Shown here: positions 37,367 through 47,524 of the stretch, in pieces
Layout of the letters: every line of letters begins with the position of its first letter
Position numbering within the stretch: the first letter of the stretch is position 1
Virus genome (UHGV): UHGV-0109393
DNA length: 63,844 nt
DNA from: a virus
Reading direction: 5' to 3' (one strand)
Position numbers and translations under genes: made by a program
The notes under the pieces: model-generated
Seen by the model: the letters and a program-made list of their open reading frames with translations, nothing else
Database searches by the model: none
What the model was told of the DNA's origin: nothing

Positions 37367-37857
37367 TTTACGTAAAAGTGAAACGCCTACATCCGGCAGC
37401 AAAACTTCCAGCTTATGCCACCTCCGGATCGGCGGCGATGGATTTTGAGGCTGTTGAAATAAAACCATGTGTCGATAGCAATGGTGCAATTTCCTCAAGC
37501 TGGTGGGTGTACACCGGACTGGCTATGGAGATCCCGCCCGGCTGGTGTCTGAAACTCTATCCGCGTTCCGGATTGGGCTGCAAAAAACATACTCGCCTGG
37601 CTAACTGCGTAGGAATTATCGACTCCGATTATCGCGGTGAAATCATGGCAAAACTGATTACAGATCCCGGTGGTGAAGGCGTTTGCCTCAAGCCAGGAAT
37701 GGCGGTCATGCAAGGCATTTTTGAGCGTGTTGAACCGGTATCGCTGGTAGAAGTTGATGAACTCGATGAAACAGAGCGAGGCGCTGGTGGCTTTGGTAGC
37801 ACATCGGAAGACCGCGTTGAAATCAAGCGTACACCGCTTCAGTACGCAAAGTTTTAA
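37363..37857 (+). CDS. dut: dUTPase (trimeric dUTP diphosphatase)
   Basis: YPRSGLG, GIIDSDYRGE, RGAGGFGSTS correspond to dUTPase motifs 2, 3 and 5. Confidence 0.85.
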   Translation: MIYVKVKRLHPAAKLPAYATSGSAAMDFEAVEIKPCVDSNGAISSSWWVYTGLAMEIPPGWCLKLYPRSGLGCKKHTRLANCVGIIDSDYRGEIMAKLITDPGGEGVCLKPGMAVMQGIFERVEPVSLVEVDELDETERGAGGFGSTSEDRVEIKRTPLQYAKF

Positions 37858-37871
37858 GTAGAGGAAGGATT

Positions 37872-38534
37872 ATGGTCAGCACTTTTCAGGTGTTCCCCAA
37901 ATACAAATGCCACAGCATCATTCGGGCATCGAAAATCAAAGATATTGTTATTGTCGGCAAAGCTTATGCGCCCATTTTTGGCAGTATCGAAGTCGTTGAG
38001 CCAAAAGGAATGACGCTTCGTGTTGATGGTGTGTTCTTGGAAAAATTCCGACCGCAAATAGGAGGATATCTCGTCACTGCTGAAAATGGCTATCTGGTCT
38101 ATGTGCCAGAGAAAGCATTTGAAAAATGCTATAGCCGGGTTAACGACGCCTCCGAAAATGGGGTATCGCTCAGCATTGAAGGTCACAATGGGGTGACATT
38201 CATTACAGCCAGGGACGTAACTATTTCTGCTGGCGGTATCGCTACTCTACAAGAAGAAATCGACCTTGAAGCAGCCGACTTTTCTGACGCGCTGATGTGG
38301 CTGAAGGATGGCAAGAAAGTTGCCCGGCGCGGGTGGAACGGCGAAAACCAATTCTGCTGGCTGGTTCCTGAAGGACAGTACCCGGCACGAATGGAAGCCA
38401 TTAAGGGATATTTCCCCGGCGATCTCGTTCCGTATGGTGCTTATTTCGCCTTAAAAAATGCACAAGGTGTAGTTGTTCCGTGGTTGCCTTCTGTAGGCGA
38501 CTTGCTGGCATGTGACTGGTTTGTAGTGGAGTGA
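37872..38534 (+). CDS. Hypothetical protein with C-terminal DUF2829-like motif
   Basis: 220 aa; FSDALMWLKDGKKVARRGW...CDWFVVE. Confidence 0.5.
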   Translation: MVSTFQVFPKYKCHSIIRASKIKDIVIVGKAYAPIFGSIEVVEPKGMTLRVDGVFLEKFRPQIGGYLVTAENGYLVYVPEKAFEKCYSRVNDASENGVSLSIEGHNGVTFITARDVTISAGGIATLQEEIDLEAADFSDALMWLKDGKKVARRGWNGENQFCWLVPEGQYPARMEAIKGYFPGDLVPYGAYFALKNAQGVVVPWLPSVGDLLACDWFVVE

Positions 38535-38540
38535 TTTAAC

Positions 38541-39341
38541 GTGGAAAATACTAAAGCAATTCAATACCGCTTGCGTAATGGCCTGCTGGTGGCTGTTAAC
38601 GCCGACATGTCACTGCCGTTTGACACGATTGAACGTACTATCATGACGTATCTCGGCTTTAATGAAGAGCTGAATGAAGAGCATGGCGTAGCTATATGGA
38701 GTGATGCAGAAAGCGGCGTTCATCGTTACATCACCGCCAGGGGCAAAGACTACTCTCTGGAAGAACTGTTTACCCTTGCACAGTCTTTCGAATGTGTAGC
38801 ATTAGACATGTTTAATGATCCTGCTATAGCGCAACGACTTATACGCGAGCTTGGGCTATCCGTTACACCAATTATCTTTAAGAATGGCAGCCTGACTGGC
38901 ACATGGCGCGTAGAACGCATCTCAAACTACCTTCCATATAACCGACAGTTAAATGGAGTAATCTCCGGCGTTAATCAGCCCGTAGCGTGTGAAAATGTAA
39001 ACCTGGTTGCCGCTGTTTTGGCAACCGCATGTCGTGTTATCGGTTTGGCTAAACAGGCTTTTATTCATTTCCCAAATGGTGCAGAAGGTAGCGCAGAGAT
39101 TATCGCGTGTGATTTCGAATTTACCTGGATGCTACGCGAATATCTTGACCAAACAGTGTTCCGCGCCGAAGAACTGGATATGTATATCACGTCAATGATT
39201 CCTGATGATGTGCGTGCTGAAGCAATCGCCACAGCAAGGGCCAAATGCCGTGCGGCGATTGCAGAGCAGGCCAAAGAAGAACCGTCCGATGAAGCCGTGG
39301 CTGATGTTGAAGCAGAGGTAGCGGAGGATGCTGACGCCTAA
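38541..39341 (+). CDS. Hypothetical acidic protein
   Basis: 266-aa ORF. Confidence 0.4.
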   Translation: MENTKAIQYRLRNGLLVAVNADMSLPFDTIERTIMTYLGFNEELNEEHGVAIWSDAESGVHRYITARGKDYSLEELFTLAQSFECVALDMFNDPAIAQRLIRELGLSVTPIIFKNGSLTGTWRVERISNYLPYNRQLNGVISGVNQPVACENVNLVAAVLATACRVIGLAKQAFIHFPNGAEGSAEIIACDFEFTWMLREYLDQTVFRAEELDMYITSMIPDDVRAEAIATARAKCRAAIAEQAKEEPSDEAVADVEAEVAEDADA

Positions 39342-39395
39342 AAACATCACCGAATTAGCTGGCTGACAGCAGAAAAAATCATTGAGTGATAGTAG

Positions 39396-39425
39396 GAAGC
39401 CCGCCTGGTTGAGCGGGCTTCTTTT
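39396..39425. terminator. Bidirectional terminator
   Basis: GAAGCCCGCctggttgaGCGGGCTTC followed by TTTT. Confidence 0.65.
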
Positions 39426-39805
39426 CAAATATTGGAACCAAATAATTCACGTAGTTTTTCCGCTACTGAAGATACGGGGATTTCACCAGTTGCGGCCCCC
39501 ACCGCAAGTTCCACCAGCACGGGAGAATCATATACCTGTATACCGTTACGGCGTAGAAATAGCAGCGCACTGTTTAGCGCGGTACGCTTATTGGCATCAT
39601 TGAATATATGCCCTCTCGCCGTAGCCACCAGGTAGGTGGCGGAGACTTCGAAAAGGTCGGTGATCTCTTCGTAGGCAACTCTGGCCTGAACTCTCCCGAT
39701 AATGGCCTCTGCCCTACCCGGATCTGACATTCCCGGCAGGCCGCCGTAGCGGCTTATATTCGCATCATGAAGCGCGATAAGTTCTTCCGGTGATATATGC
39801 CTCAT
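39425..39805 (-). CDS. doc: Doc toxin (Fic-fold kinase, death on curing)
   Basis: 126 aa; Fic-type motif HIFNDANKR; sequence essentially as recalled for P1 Doc. Confidence 0.92.
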
Positions 39806-40026
39806 TATCGGTTAACCAGTTCCTTGTTGGTGGAGTCCAGGGTGTCAAACAGGGATGCAAATTCAGCATCCAGCGCCGCTTTTTTGTAGGCTTCAAAAGT
39901 AGCCTTGCTGACAATTACTGCTGGCTCTCGGCCTCTGCGGGTGATTTCAACCTCTTCCCCGGCTTCAACATTGTTGAGCACTTCAGAAAGGTTGCCGCGC
40001 GCGGTACGGAAGTTAATGGATTGCAT
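39805..40026 (-). CDS. phd: Phd antitoxin
   Basis: [41 protein letters not shown]... matches P1 Phd as recalled; the ORF track adds two upstream codons. Confidence 0.9.
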
Positions 40027-40098
40027 AAACACCTCATGTACTCGTTATGTGTACACAACTATAAACTTCACAGGTATAAAGCACCAGCACTTTGCAGC

Positions 40099-40488
40099 TT
40101 AAATCACCGGACAATCGTCAAACTCCCCACTTCGGACATCATTGATGACATGAGTGATCACACCAAAAACAGCATTACTCCCCGTGCATCCATCGTCATC
40201 CACTGGTAACGCCTCTTTCCTCCCGGTGCTTAAATCCTCCAGGTGCTGGCGCGGATACTTCCTGTATCTCTTTATGCGATATTCACCCTCCATAGCGCAC
40301 ACAAGCAGAGAACCATCAACCGGAGTAAGCGAGGAATCAACCACCAGCAAAGCACCCTGCAATATTCCCTCACGGTGATGGCTATCAGCTGCCCGCATGA
40401 AGTAGGTTGCTGATGGATGCCTGATTAGTTGCTGATCAAGAGAAATACGGCTCTCAGCATAATCCGCCGCAGGAGAAGGGAAGCCCAT
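40099..40488 (-). CDS. humD: UmuD'-like SOS mutagenesis protein (HumD)
   Basis: 129 aa; S24 peptidase C-terminal fold, FGVITHVIN cf. UmuD FGVVIHVVK; adjacent to phd-doc as in P1. Confidence 0.75.
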   Translation of the reverse strand: MGFPSPAADYAESRISLDQQLIRHPSATYFMRAADSHHREGILQGALLVVDSSLTPVDGSLLVCAMEGEYRIKRYRKYPRQHLEDLSTGRKEALPVDDDGCTGSNAVFGVITHVINDVRSGEFDDCPVI

Positions 40489-40586
40489 AGCGTTTTCACC
40501 TCAGAATACTGTTTATTCATACAGTATACATTAAAGATGCTTGAAGTGTGCAATAGCGCGATGCTTTGCGCTCGCCTGGTGGTGCG

Positions 40587-40838
40587 TTATTTTTTGGCTA
40601 TATCTTCTTTCTGATACACCGGATCGCTCCCTTTTGGCAACTGGAGGCTTAACTGCCGGTAGTGCCGTAGCCGTTCCATGAAATAGGCGCGCAGGTTTTC
40701 CGGTTGCTCACGGGCCACCTGCTCTGCAATCACAGGTATATTCAGCCGTTCTTTGTAAGCAACGCCGCTGGCGGCAAGGTCTACGTTCACCTTGTCTCGC
40801 TCTTCCTGGCTTTTAGCTGCTATATTTCGATCTGACAC
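40587..40838 (-). CDS. Hypothetical protein
   Basis: 83-aa ORF. Confidence 0.35.
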   Translation of the reverse strand: MSDRNIAAKSQEERDKVNVDLAASGVAYKERLNIPVIAEQVAREQPENLRAYFMERLRHYRQLSLQLPKGSDPVYQKEDIAKK

Positions 40839-40870
40839 AAGAAACCTCCAGGAGTTAGTGGATCAGGCAC

Positions 40871-41221
40871 ATGCACAATAACGTTCTCAATGTTAGCCGT
40901 TCAATTCAGACAATCAGAGACTGCACCAGTGTGGTGGCATCAATCCCATTGCGAAACAGCATAGACGAACTGCAAATTCGTGTATTGAATCCGAATCAGG
41001 CTAATAAGCAATTGCGCTTTATTTTGACGCTGAAAAGTGAAACAGAGGGGATAAAGCACAGCGTAAAAGTGTTTTCTGAGGCCATTCTGCTTAATGGGAA
41101 GCTCCGGCATCTGGTAAGGCCAGAACGTCAATATCCTGACGTCCTGGCGCGTGAAAAAGACCTTCTTTCTGAAGTTCAGGATAGGGTGATCGATTTCGTC
41201 AAATGCTATCCCCTGCATTGA
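40871..41221 (+). CDS. Hypothetical protein
   Basis: 116-aa ORF. Confidence 0.35.
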   Translation: MHNNVLNVSRSIQTIRDCTSVVASIPLRNSIDELQIRVLNPNQANKQLRFILTLKSETEGIKHSVKVFSEAILLNGKLRHLVRPERQYPDVLAREKDLLSEVQDRVIDFVKCYPLH

Positions 41222-41490
41222 GGGCAGGTGTTCCCTTCCGCAAAGTAGGGAAAACTGCTATCAAGTTCATCACACCATCTGCGATGGTCGTAGCACCAAA
41301 ACGCCTCCCACGGTGCAAGGAAATACTTCATCCACCAGGACACTCGATCAGGTATATCTGCTGGTGGCAGTTCTTCTGGCAATAATTTGCCTGATAATTC
41401 CCTTTCCGCCCGCGACAGCATTTTTTTGAGGCTCGCGTTCTCTTTTTCAAGCTCATCTACGCGCACCTGTAATTCAGCTTTCGTTGGCAT
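41206..41490 (-). CDS. Hypothetical protein (coiled coil, C-terminal CPQC)
   Basis: ORF trimmed to an internal Met so it does not overlap the upstream gene. Confidence 0.3.
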   Translation of the reverse strand: MPTKAELQVRVDELEKENASLKKMLSRAERELSGKLLPEELPPADIPDRVSWWMKYFLAPWEAFWCYDHRRWCDELDSSFPYFAEGNTCPQCRG

Positions 41491-42175
41491 GGTCCGCCTC
41501 ATGCTTTTCAGCCACCAGCGGCAATAAAGCCCTGGCCATCTTATGAACCAATAGTGCATCAATAATGCCAAGCGTATGCCCCGGCTTAATGTTTAATGCC
41601 GTCTCAAGGTGACACCTTTCCAGGCCACTTTTCTCGGCTTGTTTATGATGATCTGGTGTAATAACGTCGCTTTCCCGAAAGTTTCCGGACTGAAGCATGA
41701 CTGCGCGGCAGGCATCCTCGACGCCCTTAACTGCATCTGCGCAGTAGTTATAGCGATTGCATTCCACTAATTTCTGCTTGAGATTTTCAATTGCTTGCGC
41801 GACATCAGCCTGTATTACCGGCGCTGGCGGTGCGATATAAAACTTCGTCCCCAACGGCAACAACTTCATCGCTTTTTCTCCCTTAATGATGCGATAAGTT
41901 GATTTCCCGCCAAGGTCTACCGTTCCATCCATAACAAGGCCGTGTCGCTTCTCTGAAACTTCACCAATAGGCTCTGCTTCCAGCGATGCCAGTGCAATCC
42001 GTGCCAGCTCACGCACAACTTCCGGCGGCGCGTAACGGTCATTCAGGTCATCCCACAGGCGTAGCATGTTATCGCTACCAGGGTGAACATCCTCGTTAGT
42101 TCCGGCAAGCGCACTAATAACCTCATCGGCTGCCTCAATAATTTTCAGAGCTTGTTCTCTGGTAATAGTGGTCAT
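41474..42175 (-). CDS. Hypothetical protein
   Basis: 233-aa ORF. Confidence 0.4.
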   Translation of the reverse strand: MTTITREQALKIIEAADEVISALAGTNEDVHPGSDNMLRLWDDLNDRYAPPEVVRELARIALASLEAEPIGEVSEKRHGLVMDGTVDLGGKSTYRIIKGEKAMKLLPLGTKFYIAPPAPVIQADVAQAIENLKQKLVECNRYNYCADAVKGVEDACRAVMLQSGNFRESDVITPDHHKQAEKSGLERCHLETALNIKPGHTLGIIDALLVHKMARALLPLVAEKHEADHANES

Positions 42176-42453
42176 TTGTTAATCCTCAAAACTTTATGCC
42201 CAGGCGCAAAAGCACGTGTTTTGTCTTTGCTTATTCGCCAGCCATCCTTACGCGCCTCTTTTGCACAACCAGCCCATGACGTACCGATATACTCTCCGAA
42301 GTCTGGCACTGGATATACACCTTCCGTACACTGGCGGCAGTCACAATAGAGATGCATGGTGTAACTTGCGGCAATAGCCATATCACTCTCCTTTAGTACG
42401 CAAGTGGTTTTTCCAGCGGTTTTGCGCCGCGCTGGGCTTTTTGCAAAAACCAC
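42172..42453 (-). CDS. Hypothetical small Cys-rich protein
   Basis: Contains CDCRQC...C. Confidence 0.3.
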   Translation of the reverse strand: MVFAKSPARRKTAGKTTCVLKESDMAIAASYTMHLYCDCRQCTEGVYPVPDFGEYIGTSWAGCAKEARKDGWRISKDKTRAFAPGHKVLRINK

Positions 42454-42743
42454 AATCCATCATCCCGTAATGTTTCATTAACCCCACCCGTCGGTTGCTG
42501 AGTCTCACCCACTGCCAGACGCCAGGAGCGTTTCTACGAACTAACAGAATCTTTGCTTTACGGTTTTTCATCGTTTTGCTCTCCTGCGTTTCTTTGCTGC
42601 TCGTCGTGCCGATGCAATACCGGTATGGCGGCGCTTTGGTGCCGGGATGATGTTGTCAGCCATCAGGACATGCGGCTTTGCAATTAGCGCAGAAGCCCAA
42701 AAACGAGTCGGGTACGGTAACAAGCCGATACATGCCACACGCA

Positions 42744-43190
42744 TTACTCACCTCCTTTGATGCGAATGCCTGTTGCAATGCTGTTTATGATGCTGTCAGT
42801 GCATGGGGTAGAAAGCTGGGCATCTCCAGCAATTCTCATAACCTCAACATCTGCATATCGAATACCGAGGTGTATCAGACCGGCTATACCTGACTTAAGC
42901 CGGGCATTTTCCATAAATAGATCCTTTGCCCGCTGTTTTTCTGCCTCAAGCTCAACGCGCAGCTTCCCAACCGTTAGCGCAATATCCTCGTTCTCCTGAT
43001 CGCGGCGTTTTATGTATTGCTGGTTTCTTTCCCATTCATCCAACAATGCCAGCGCGATATCTGGCGAAAAGTGCTTCATAAAATCGTTAAGCGCATTAAT
43101 TCGCTGATCGAAAGGCATTACAGGTGCTTCACCAGCAATTTTTGTTTTTTCAGCGATTTCACGAAGCTTTTGATAATCAATCTTGCTCAT
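42744..43190 (-). CDS. Hypothetical protein, member of a four-paralogue family (Ea22-like?)
   Basis: N-terminus MSKIDYQKLREIAEK..., paralogous to 43187..43885. Confidence 0.4.
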   Translation of the reverse strand: MSKIDYQKLREIAEKTKIAGEAPVMPFDQRINALNDFMKHFSPDIALALLDEWERNQQYIKRRDQENEDIALTVGKLRVELEAEKQRAKDLFMENARLKSGIAGLIHLGIRYADVEVMRIAGDAQLSTPCTDSIINSIATGIRIKGGE

Positions 43191-43885
43191 TGGATGACTC
43201 CTTTACGAAGCTGTTCGGCGATATCTTCGAGAACGCCATCAGAGAATGAGCGATCAAAATCGCCTTCCGGCGCATTAGCCATAAACTCAGTAGAGGTAAG
43301 GATCATCCGGGCAATATCCGCGGCGTTCTTCGCAGTATCATCAATAAAACCAGCTTTCCAGGCTGCCAACATTCTGTTCGCCACAAAATAAGCGCCTTCC
43401 TTGCGTGCTTCAGTCTTCCCTTCAGCCAGAAAAGCATCGGTGGCTGGGGTTTCGCTGTGGTGCAGAGCATCGTTGATTATCATTGCAGCAACTCCGGCCT
43501 GCCCTGCATCCGTGACCGACACATGATTAAGAGTTACAGCCATTGCGAGTTTCAGCCCGGCGTTCTCTGCCACCAGAGCCGCGAGCTTAGTCTCAAGCGG
43601 TGCTATTCGGCACATAGCATCAATATTTGTGTCCTCCAGGCGCTTAATTTCGCCCAGGAGTGCCAGCGCAACTTTTGGTGGGATAGCCGCGATATAACGG
43701 GCATTAGCACCAGCATTCCTTTGTCCATCAATGCCAGGCCAGTCAATAAAGTATCCGCAATGCCTACCCTCAGACGTGCGCGCAGGATAAATGCCGTTAT
43801 GACCCGGCAAAATATATGCTACCCATTCATCTTGCGTTGCCTGTTCCGCCGCCTCGCGCAGTTCTTGATAGTTAATTTTGATCAC
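43187..43885 (-). CDS. Hypothetical protein, paralogue family
   Basis: N-terminus MIKINYQELREAAEQ; C-terminal TDAFLAE motif shared with 46769..47524 and 47784..48485. Confidence 0.4.
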   Translation of the reverse strand: MIKINYQELREAAEQATQDEWVAYILPGHNGIYPARTSEGRHCGYFIDWPGIDGQRNAGANARYIAAIPPKVALALLGEIKRLEDTNIDAMCRIAPLETKLAALVAENAGLKLAMAVTLNHVSVTDAGQAGVAAMIINDALHHSETPATDAFLAEGKTEARKEGAYFVANRMLAAWKAGFIDDTAKNAADIARMILTSTEFMANAPEGDFDRSFSDGVLEDIAEQLRKGVIQ

Positions 43886-44171
43886 TGGTTGCCTCCGCTT
43901 CCCACGTTTTCAGACTTTCACCACAGAACGGGCAAAATGAAATTCGAATCGGCGATTTAGAAAGCTCGCCTGACCGCAGCATGATCAGGTCTTGTGAATG
44001 AATTAATTCATGGTTATAGATTTTGTATTTCAGCAGACCTTTCCGCGTCGTGTATTCAGCATCCTGCTCCAGGGATTGTGCCAACGCCGCGCACGGTTCT
44101 ATTTTTTTGTCATTAATCAAACAAGTGGAGATTCTGCACTTTGCAGCTCCGTCACCATTACCTTGACTCAT
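43872..44171 (-). CDS. Hypothetical small protein with C-terminal CPFCG
   Basis: 99-aa ORF. Confidence 0.3.
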   Translation of the reverse strand: MSQGNGDGAAKCRISTCLINDKKIEPCAALAQSLEQDAEYTTRKGLLKYKIYNHELIHSQDLIMLRSGELSKSPIRISFCPFCGESLKTWEAEATSDQN

Positions 44172-44184
44172 TGCATTGTTCCCA

Positions 44185-45180
44185 TCAGTTATTGAACGTG
44201 ATCACTCCGCGCTCGATGGCGAAGTCGAAAAGCTGGTTGGCGGCTACGTAAAGGCGTATGCCATGTGCTTTTTCCCATGCCCGGACATCGTTTTCTGCGC
44301 TTCTGGCGCATTCATCGCAAAGAGGAACGGCCCAGCGATCGTGTTCGTTTAACGAGCGGGCGCGGTACATGAACGGGTGGTTAACTTTGCCACCGCATCC
44401 GATGCACGGACGAGAAACCACAAACCGGAGATAAGCCGGGCTTTTACCGAGGACCGCTTTTGGTCGGCGCATATACAGCAGGCCGGAATCCTCATCTACA
44501 GACAGGTTGACGATCTGCTCTGCGGTTATGTCCACCAGCTCACGGGTGCTGTGCTCCCAGGTGATATCCGATTCTTTCAGTGTGCCGGTAGGGATTTCCT
44601 GTTTTGGCTGACAAAATGCAATGCGACCGGCTTCATCTGGCAGCTCGTCTTTCAGATTCCGGCGAATGGCCCAAAAAGTGAGTTCAACCATGCTCAGATC
44701 GCGTTCTGGCGGTAGTTTTAACTCGCTCGCAGCCCAGTTCATAACCCAGTTGGCACGATTCAGGGATAACTGGTCATCCAGCTTGCCGTACCCCTTCATC
44801 ATGTATTCCGCATCATGCTTCCAGCACAGGCGAACGGCAGAGCCGTTATAGAAATGAGTGGTTAGCTGGTGGCTGCAATCGCGCTTATCGTGCGCCTGGC
44901 AATCGTGGATATTGGAACTTACCCAATGAACAAGCGAATCTTCACCGCCTAATGCGTTAAATACGCGCTCGCTTTGAAAAAATGCTTTCAGAGACTGGTT
45001 GGCAACCAGCGAATAGTTCAGATCCACTACGCCATCTGGCGTGTTTTCAGCCTGTTCGCGCGGAAGTGGAGAGATAATGAAACGGCGACCTGCGCCAATG
45101 TAGTTGCTGGTGGGCTTGTCTACCGGAAAGACAGCCACACCAGCTCCGTTTACGAAATGAGGTGTGATTATTGCACTCAT
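44185..45180 (-). CDS. Hypothetical protein with Cys/His cluster (possible zinc-binding nuclease-like)
   Basis: 331 aa; CIGCGG...H...CDEC near the C-terminus. Confidence 0.4.
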   Translation of the reverse strand: MSAIITPHFVNGAGVAVFPVDKPTSNYIGAGRRFIISPLPREQAENTPDGVVDLNYSLVANQSLKAFFQSERVFNALGGEDSLVHWVSSNIHDCQAHDKRDCSHQLTTHFYNGSAVRLCWKHDAEYMMKGYGKLDDQLSLNRANWVMNWAASELKLPPERDLSMVELTFWAIRRNLKDELPDEAGRIAFCQPKQEIPTGTLKESDITWEHSTRELVDITAEQIVNLSVDEDSGLLYMRRPKAVLGKSPAYLRFVVSRPCIGCGGKVNHPFMYRARSLNEHDRWAVPLCDECARSAENDVRAWEKAHGIRLYVAANQLFDFAIERGVITFNN

Positions 45181-45214
45181 AATGTATACCGACTCTGTTT
45201 TGTTCCGAGCGGTA

Positions 45215-45252
45215 AAATAATATGTTAGAAAACTAAAATCAACGTTCTAACG
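45215..45252. promoter_or_regulatory. Operator-like site, tandem pair
   Basis: AATAATATGTTAGAAAACTAAAATC then AACGTTCTAACG, upstream of the leftward gene at 45180. Confidence 0.45.
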
Positions 45253-45278
45253 CTTTTTTGAGTGCGTAAATGATTTGA

Positions 45279-45971
45279 TCAGACTTTAAGCTGCCCTCCC
45301 TTCACCTGCATTAGCGTCAGATTTCCGCAAAAAACCGCGCCCGTGTCTATGTAGTGCTGATTCCAGTATGCTTTTGGTCTTCGTACCGGTGTGTGCCCAA
45401 AGATAAAGCGATCTGCGCCTGTGATTTCTCCACCAATGCCATCTATCGAATCACCGACGCGACTGCGCGACCAGACAACATCAAAAAGCGACACATCCTT
45501 ACCGAACTGGTACTCTCCACCTGGATAGTCGGCATGGGCTATAACGATAGTTTCATGCCCGGTGTTCAGCTCAATGATATAGGGCAGACGCTTTACCAGC
45601 TCCACCAGCGCCCTGGCTAATATTTCCTGATCAGTGTCCAGCATGAAGAACCATTGACCGCCATTCATTAGCCAGTTATTCACATTGCCTGCGGGACTTA
45701 ACGCATCGATCATTAATCGCTCGTGGTTTCCCATAACCGACCGAAACCAGGGCATCTGCAATAGCTCCAGGCATTCAACATTTTCGGTGCCGCGATCGAT
45801 AAGGTCGCCAACCGATATCAGTAAATCCTGTGTCGGGTCAAAATCCACACGATGGAGTTCATTCATAAGTAGGGTGCAGCAACCGTGCAAATCACCAACA
45901 ACCCATATGTTTCTGTAGCCTGAACCATCAATACGGCTATATAAATTCACTTCATGCAGCGCCTGATTCAT
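45279..45971 (-). CDS. Ser/Thr protein phosphatase (lambda-PPase/metallophosphoesterase family)
   Basis: GDLHG, GDLIDRG, GNHE motifs; start taken at internal MNQALHEV. Confidence 0.75.
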   Translation of the reverse strand: MNQALHEVNLYSRIDGSGYRNIWVVGDLHGCCTLLMNELHRVDFDPTQDLLISVGDLIDRGTENVECLELLQMPWFRSVMGNHERLMIDALSPAGNVNNWLMNGGQWFFMLDTDQEILARALVELVKRLPYIIELNTGHETIVIAHADYPGGEYQFGKDVSLFDVVWSRSRVGDSIDGIGGEITGADRFIFGHTPVRRPKAYWNQHYIDTGAVFCGNLTLMQVKGGQLKV

Positions 45972-46279
45972 GCGGCAACCTTCTCCCGCAGCCAGATACA
46001 AACCGGGCCATCTTCAGTGTCATGAATAGAGCCAACAAACCATCCTTCGCCCTCTGGTCGCTCTGGTTCCCAGGCGGCAATATCGGGACCATCTGCGTCC
46101 AGATTAAAATGATCTTCATCCATACTGCGAATAGTCCACTGAAGATTATTTTCCTTCATCCAGGCGTCAAATTCCTCAGTGGATATATATTCACGACCTG
46201 CGCAAAACTTTTCATACTCCGGATGTGTCCAGCAGCCATATTCATCACGTTCTACCGGCATTTCTTTAATTGTGTTCAC
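45968..46279 (-). CDS. Hypothetical protein
   Basis: 103-aa ORF coupled to the downstream gene. Confidence 0.35.
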   Translation of the reverse strand: MNTIKEMPVERDEYGCWTHPEYEKFCAGREYISTEEFDAWMKENNLQWTIRSMDEDHFNLDADGPDIAAWEPERPEGEGWFVGSIHDTEDGPVCIWLREKVAA

Positions 46280-46500
46280 TCTTCATCCTCCAAATCAGCA
46301 ACCGCGTCCATCACATCAGAACCGCGAATAACTTCAAAAGCGCGGCAGGCCATTTGAAATACCCGTTGCTCTTGCGGGTGCGGAGACTCCCAATATTTGA
46401 AGCCTGGGCGATGCGTGTACCCCATCATGGAATAAAAATCGCCAGCAAGTTCAATCGCGGCATCAACAAGTTCGCGATTTGTCATCGTCTGTTCTGTCAT
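46276..46500 (-). CDS. Hypothetical protein
   Basis: 74-aa ORF. Confidence 0.3.
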   Translation of the reverse strand: MTEQTMTNRELVDAAIELAGDFYSMMGYTHRPGFKYWESPHPQEQRVFQMACRAFEVIRGSDVMDAVADLEDEE

Positions 46501-46772
46501 TTGGTTTTCTCCTGTCTGAACATCACTATCATCAGGTCGCCTTTTGTCGCTATCCTCGCTGTTGTGCCTGGTTCAATGCTGCCAAGTTCAAATGCGTCAT
46601 AGAACGCCTCCAACGCTTTCTGGCGTTTTTCCTGTTTGCGGCGCTTTCCCCACTGCTTTAGAAAAACAGAGGCCGCCCACTTCCCCGCACTGAACATGAT
46701 GAAAAACCAACCGAGAAGCGCCAGACCGGTATTCAGGAGCGTATCGATCGTTATTGTCGTGTCGATATTCAC
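46497..46772 (-). CDS. Hypothetical small membrane protein
   Basis: 91 aa with a hydrophobic segment. Confidence 0.3.
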   Translation of the reverse strand: MNIDTTITIDTLLNTGLALLGWFFIMFSAGKWAASVFLKQWGKRRKQEKRQKALEAFYDAFELGSIEPGTTARIATKGDLMIVMFRQEKTK

Positions 46773-47524
46773 TGGCTGCTTCCTCTTCGAAGCTCATCGG
46801 CAAAGTCAGTTGCATGTTCACCGAGTAGTTTCCAGTTATCGCGTATATCAGATGCAAGCGACTGTTCGGATTTTGAGTTACATTTCTGTGCAAACATCTC
46901 CAATCCCTGCGCCCGGACTTCAGCCAGGAAAGCATCAGTGGTTGGCGTTTCAGGTATCTGTCTCCTCATCCGTTCTATTGCATGATTGAACCCGAAGTCT
47001 TCCGCGAGAGATACGTCATCCATATTGTCATTGTCATCCTCAATATCCCGTGATTCTGGAATTGCAGACTTTATTCCCGCATTCTCCGCCGCCAGCGCCG
47101 CGCAATTACCCTCCAGCTCTGCAATGCGCTGTTTTGCGGCATCAAGTTCAATCGATAATTTTTCCAACTGCTCTTTATGCTTCTTGTATTCCTGATATGC
47201 GTGCCAGGACTGACCTTTGCGCACACTATCAGTAATATCAGTAATCTGTTCTGGTGTTAGCGTGGTCAGTGGCTGTGCTGGGAAAATCAGCACCTTCCCG
47301 GAATCCCAATCAAAACCAGCGTGAATTGACTGAACCTCAACTGAAGGTGTTGAACCAATGCTGCCAGGCGAATGAACAACGATCGTTACATCCATATCGC
47401 GACGATGGCTGTGGTTGTTGGACAAAATACGATTCACCAACTCAGAAAATTTGGAAAATTTCATGCTGATTCCCTTTGATCTTCCTGGATAATGTTGTTG
47501 CAATCTTTCACGCACTCGTTGCAT
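46769..47524 (-). CDS. Hypothetical protein, paralogue family
   Basis: 251 aa; coiled coil plus C-terminal [14 protein letters not shown] motif. Confidence 0.4.
   Translation of the reverse strand: MQRVRERLQQHYPGRSKGISMKFSKFSELVNRILSNNHSHRRDMDVTIVVHSPGSIGSTPSVEVQSIHAGFDWDSGKVLIFPAQPLTTLTPEQITDITDSVRKGQSWHAYQEYKKHKEQLEKLSIELDAAKQRIAELEGNCAALAAENAGIKSAIPESRDIEDDNDNMDDVSLAEDFGFNHAIERMRRQIPETPTTDAFLAEVRAQGLEMFAQKCNSKSEQSLASDIRDNWKLLGEHATDFADELRRGSSQ

Noticed and set aside
42383-42571. 62-aa minus-strand ORF overlapping 42172..42453
   Set aside because: Overlaps a neighbouring ORF in another frame with no distinguishing features; not called.
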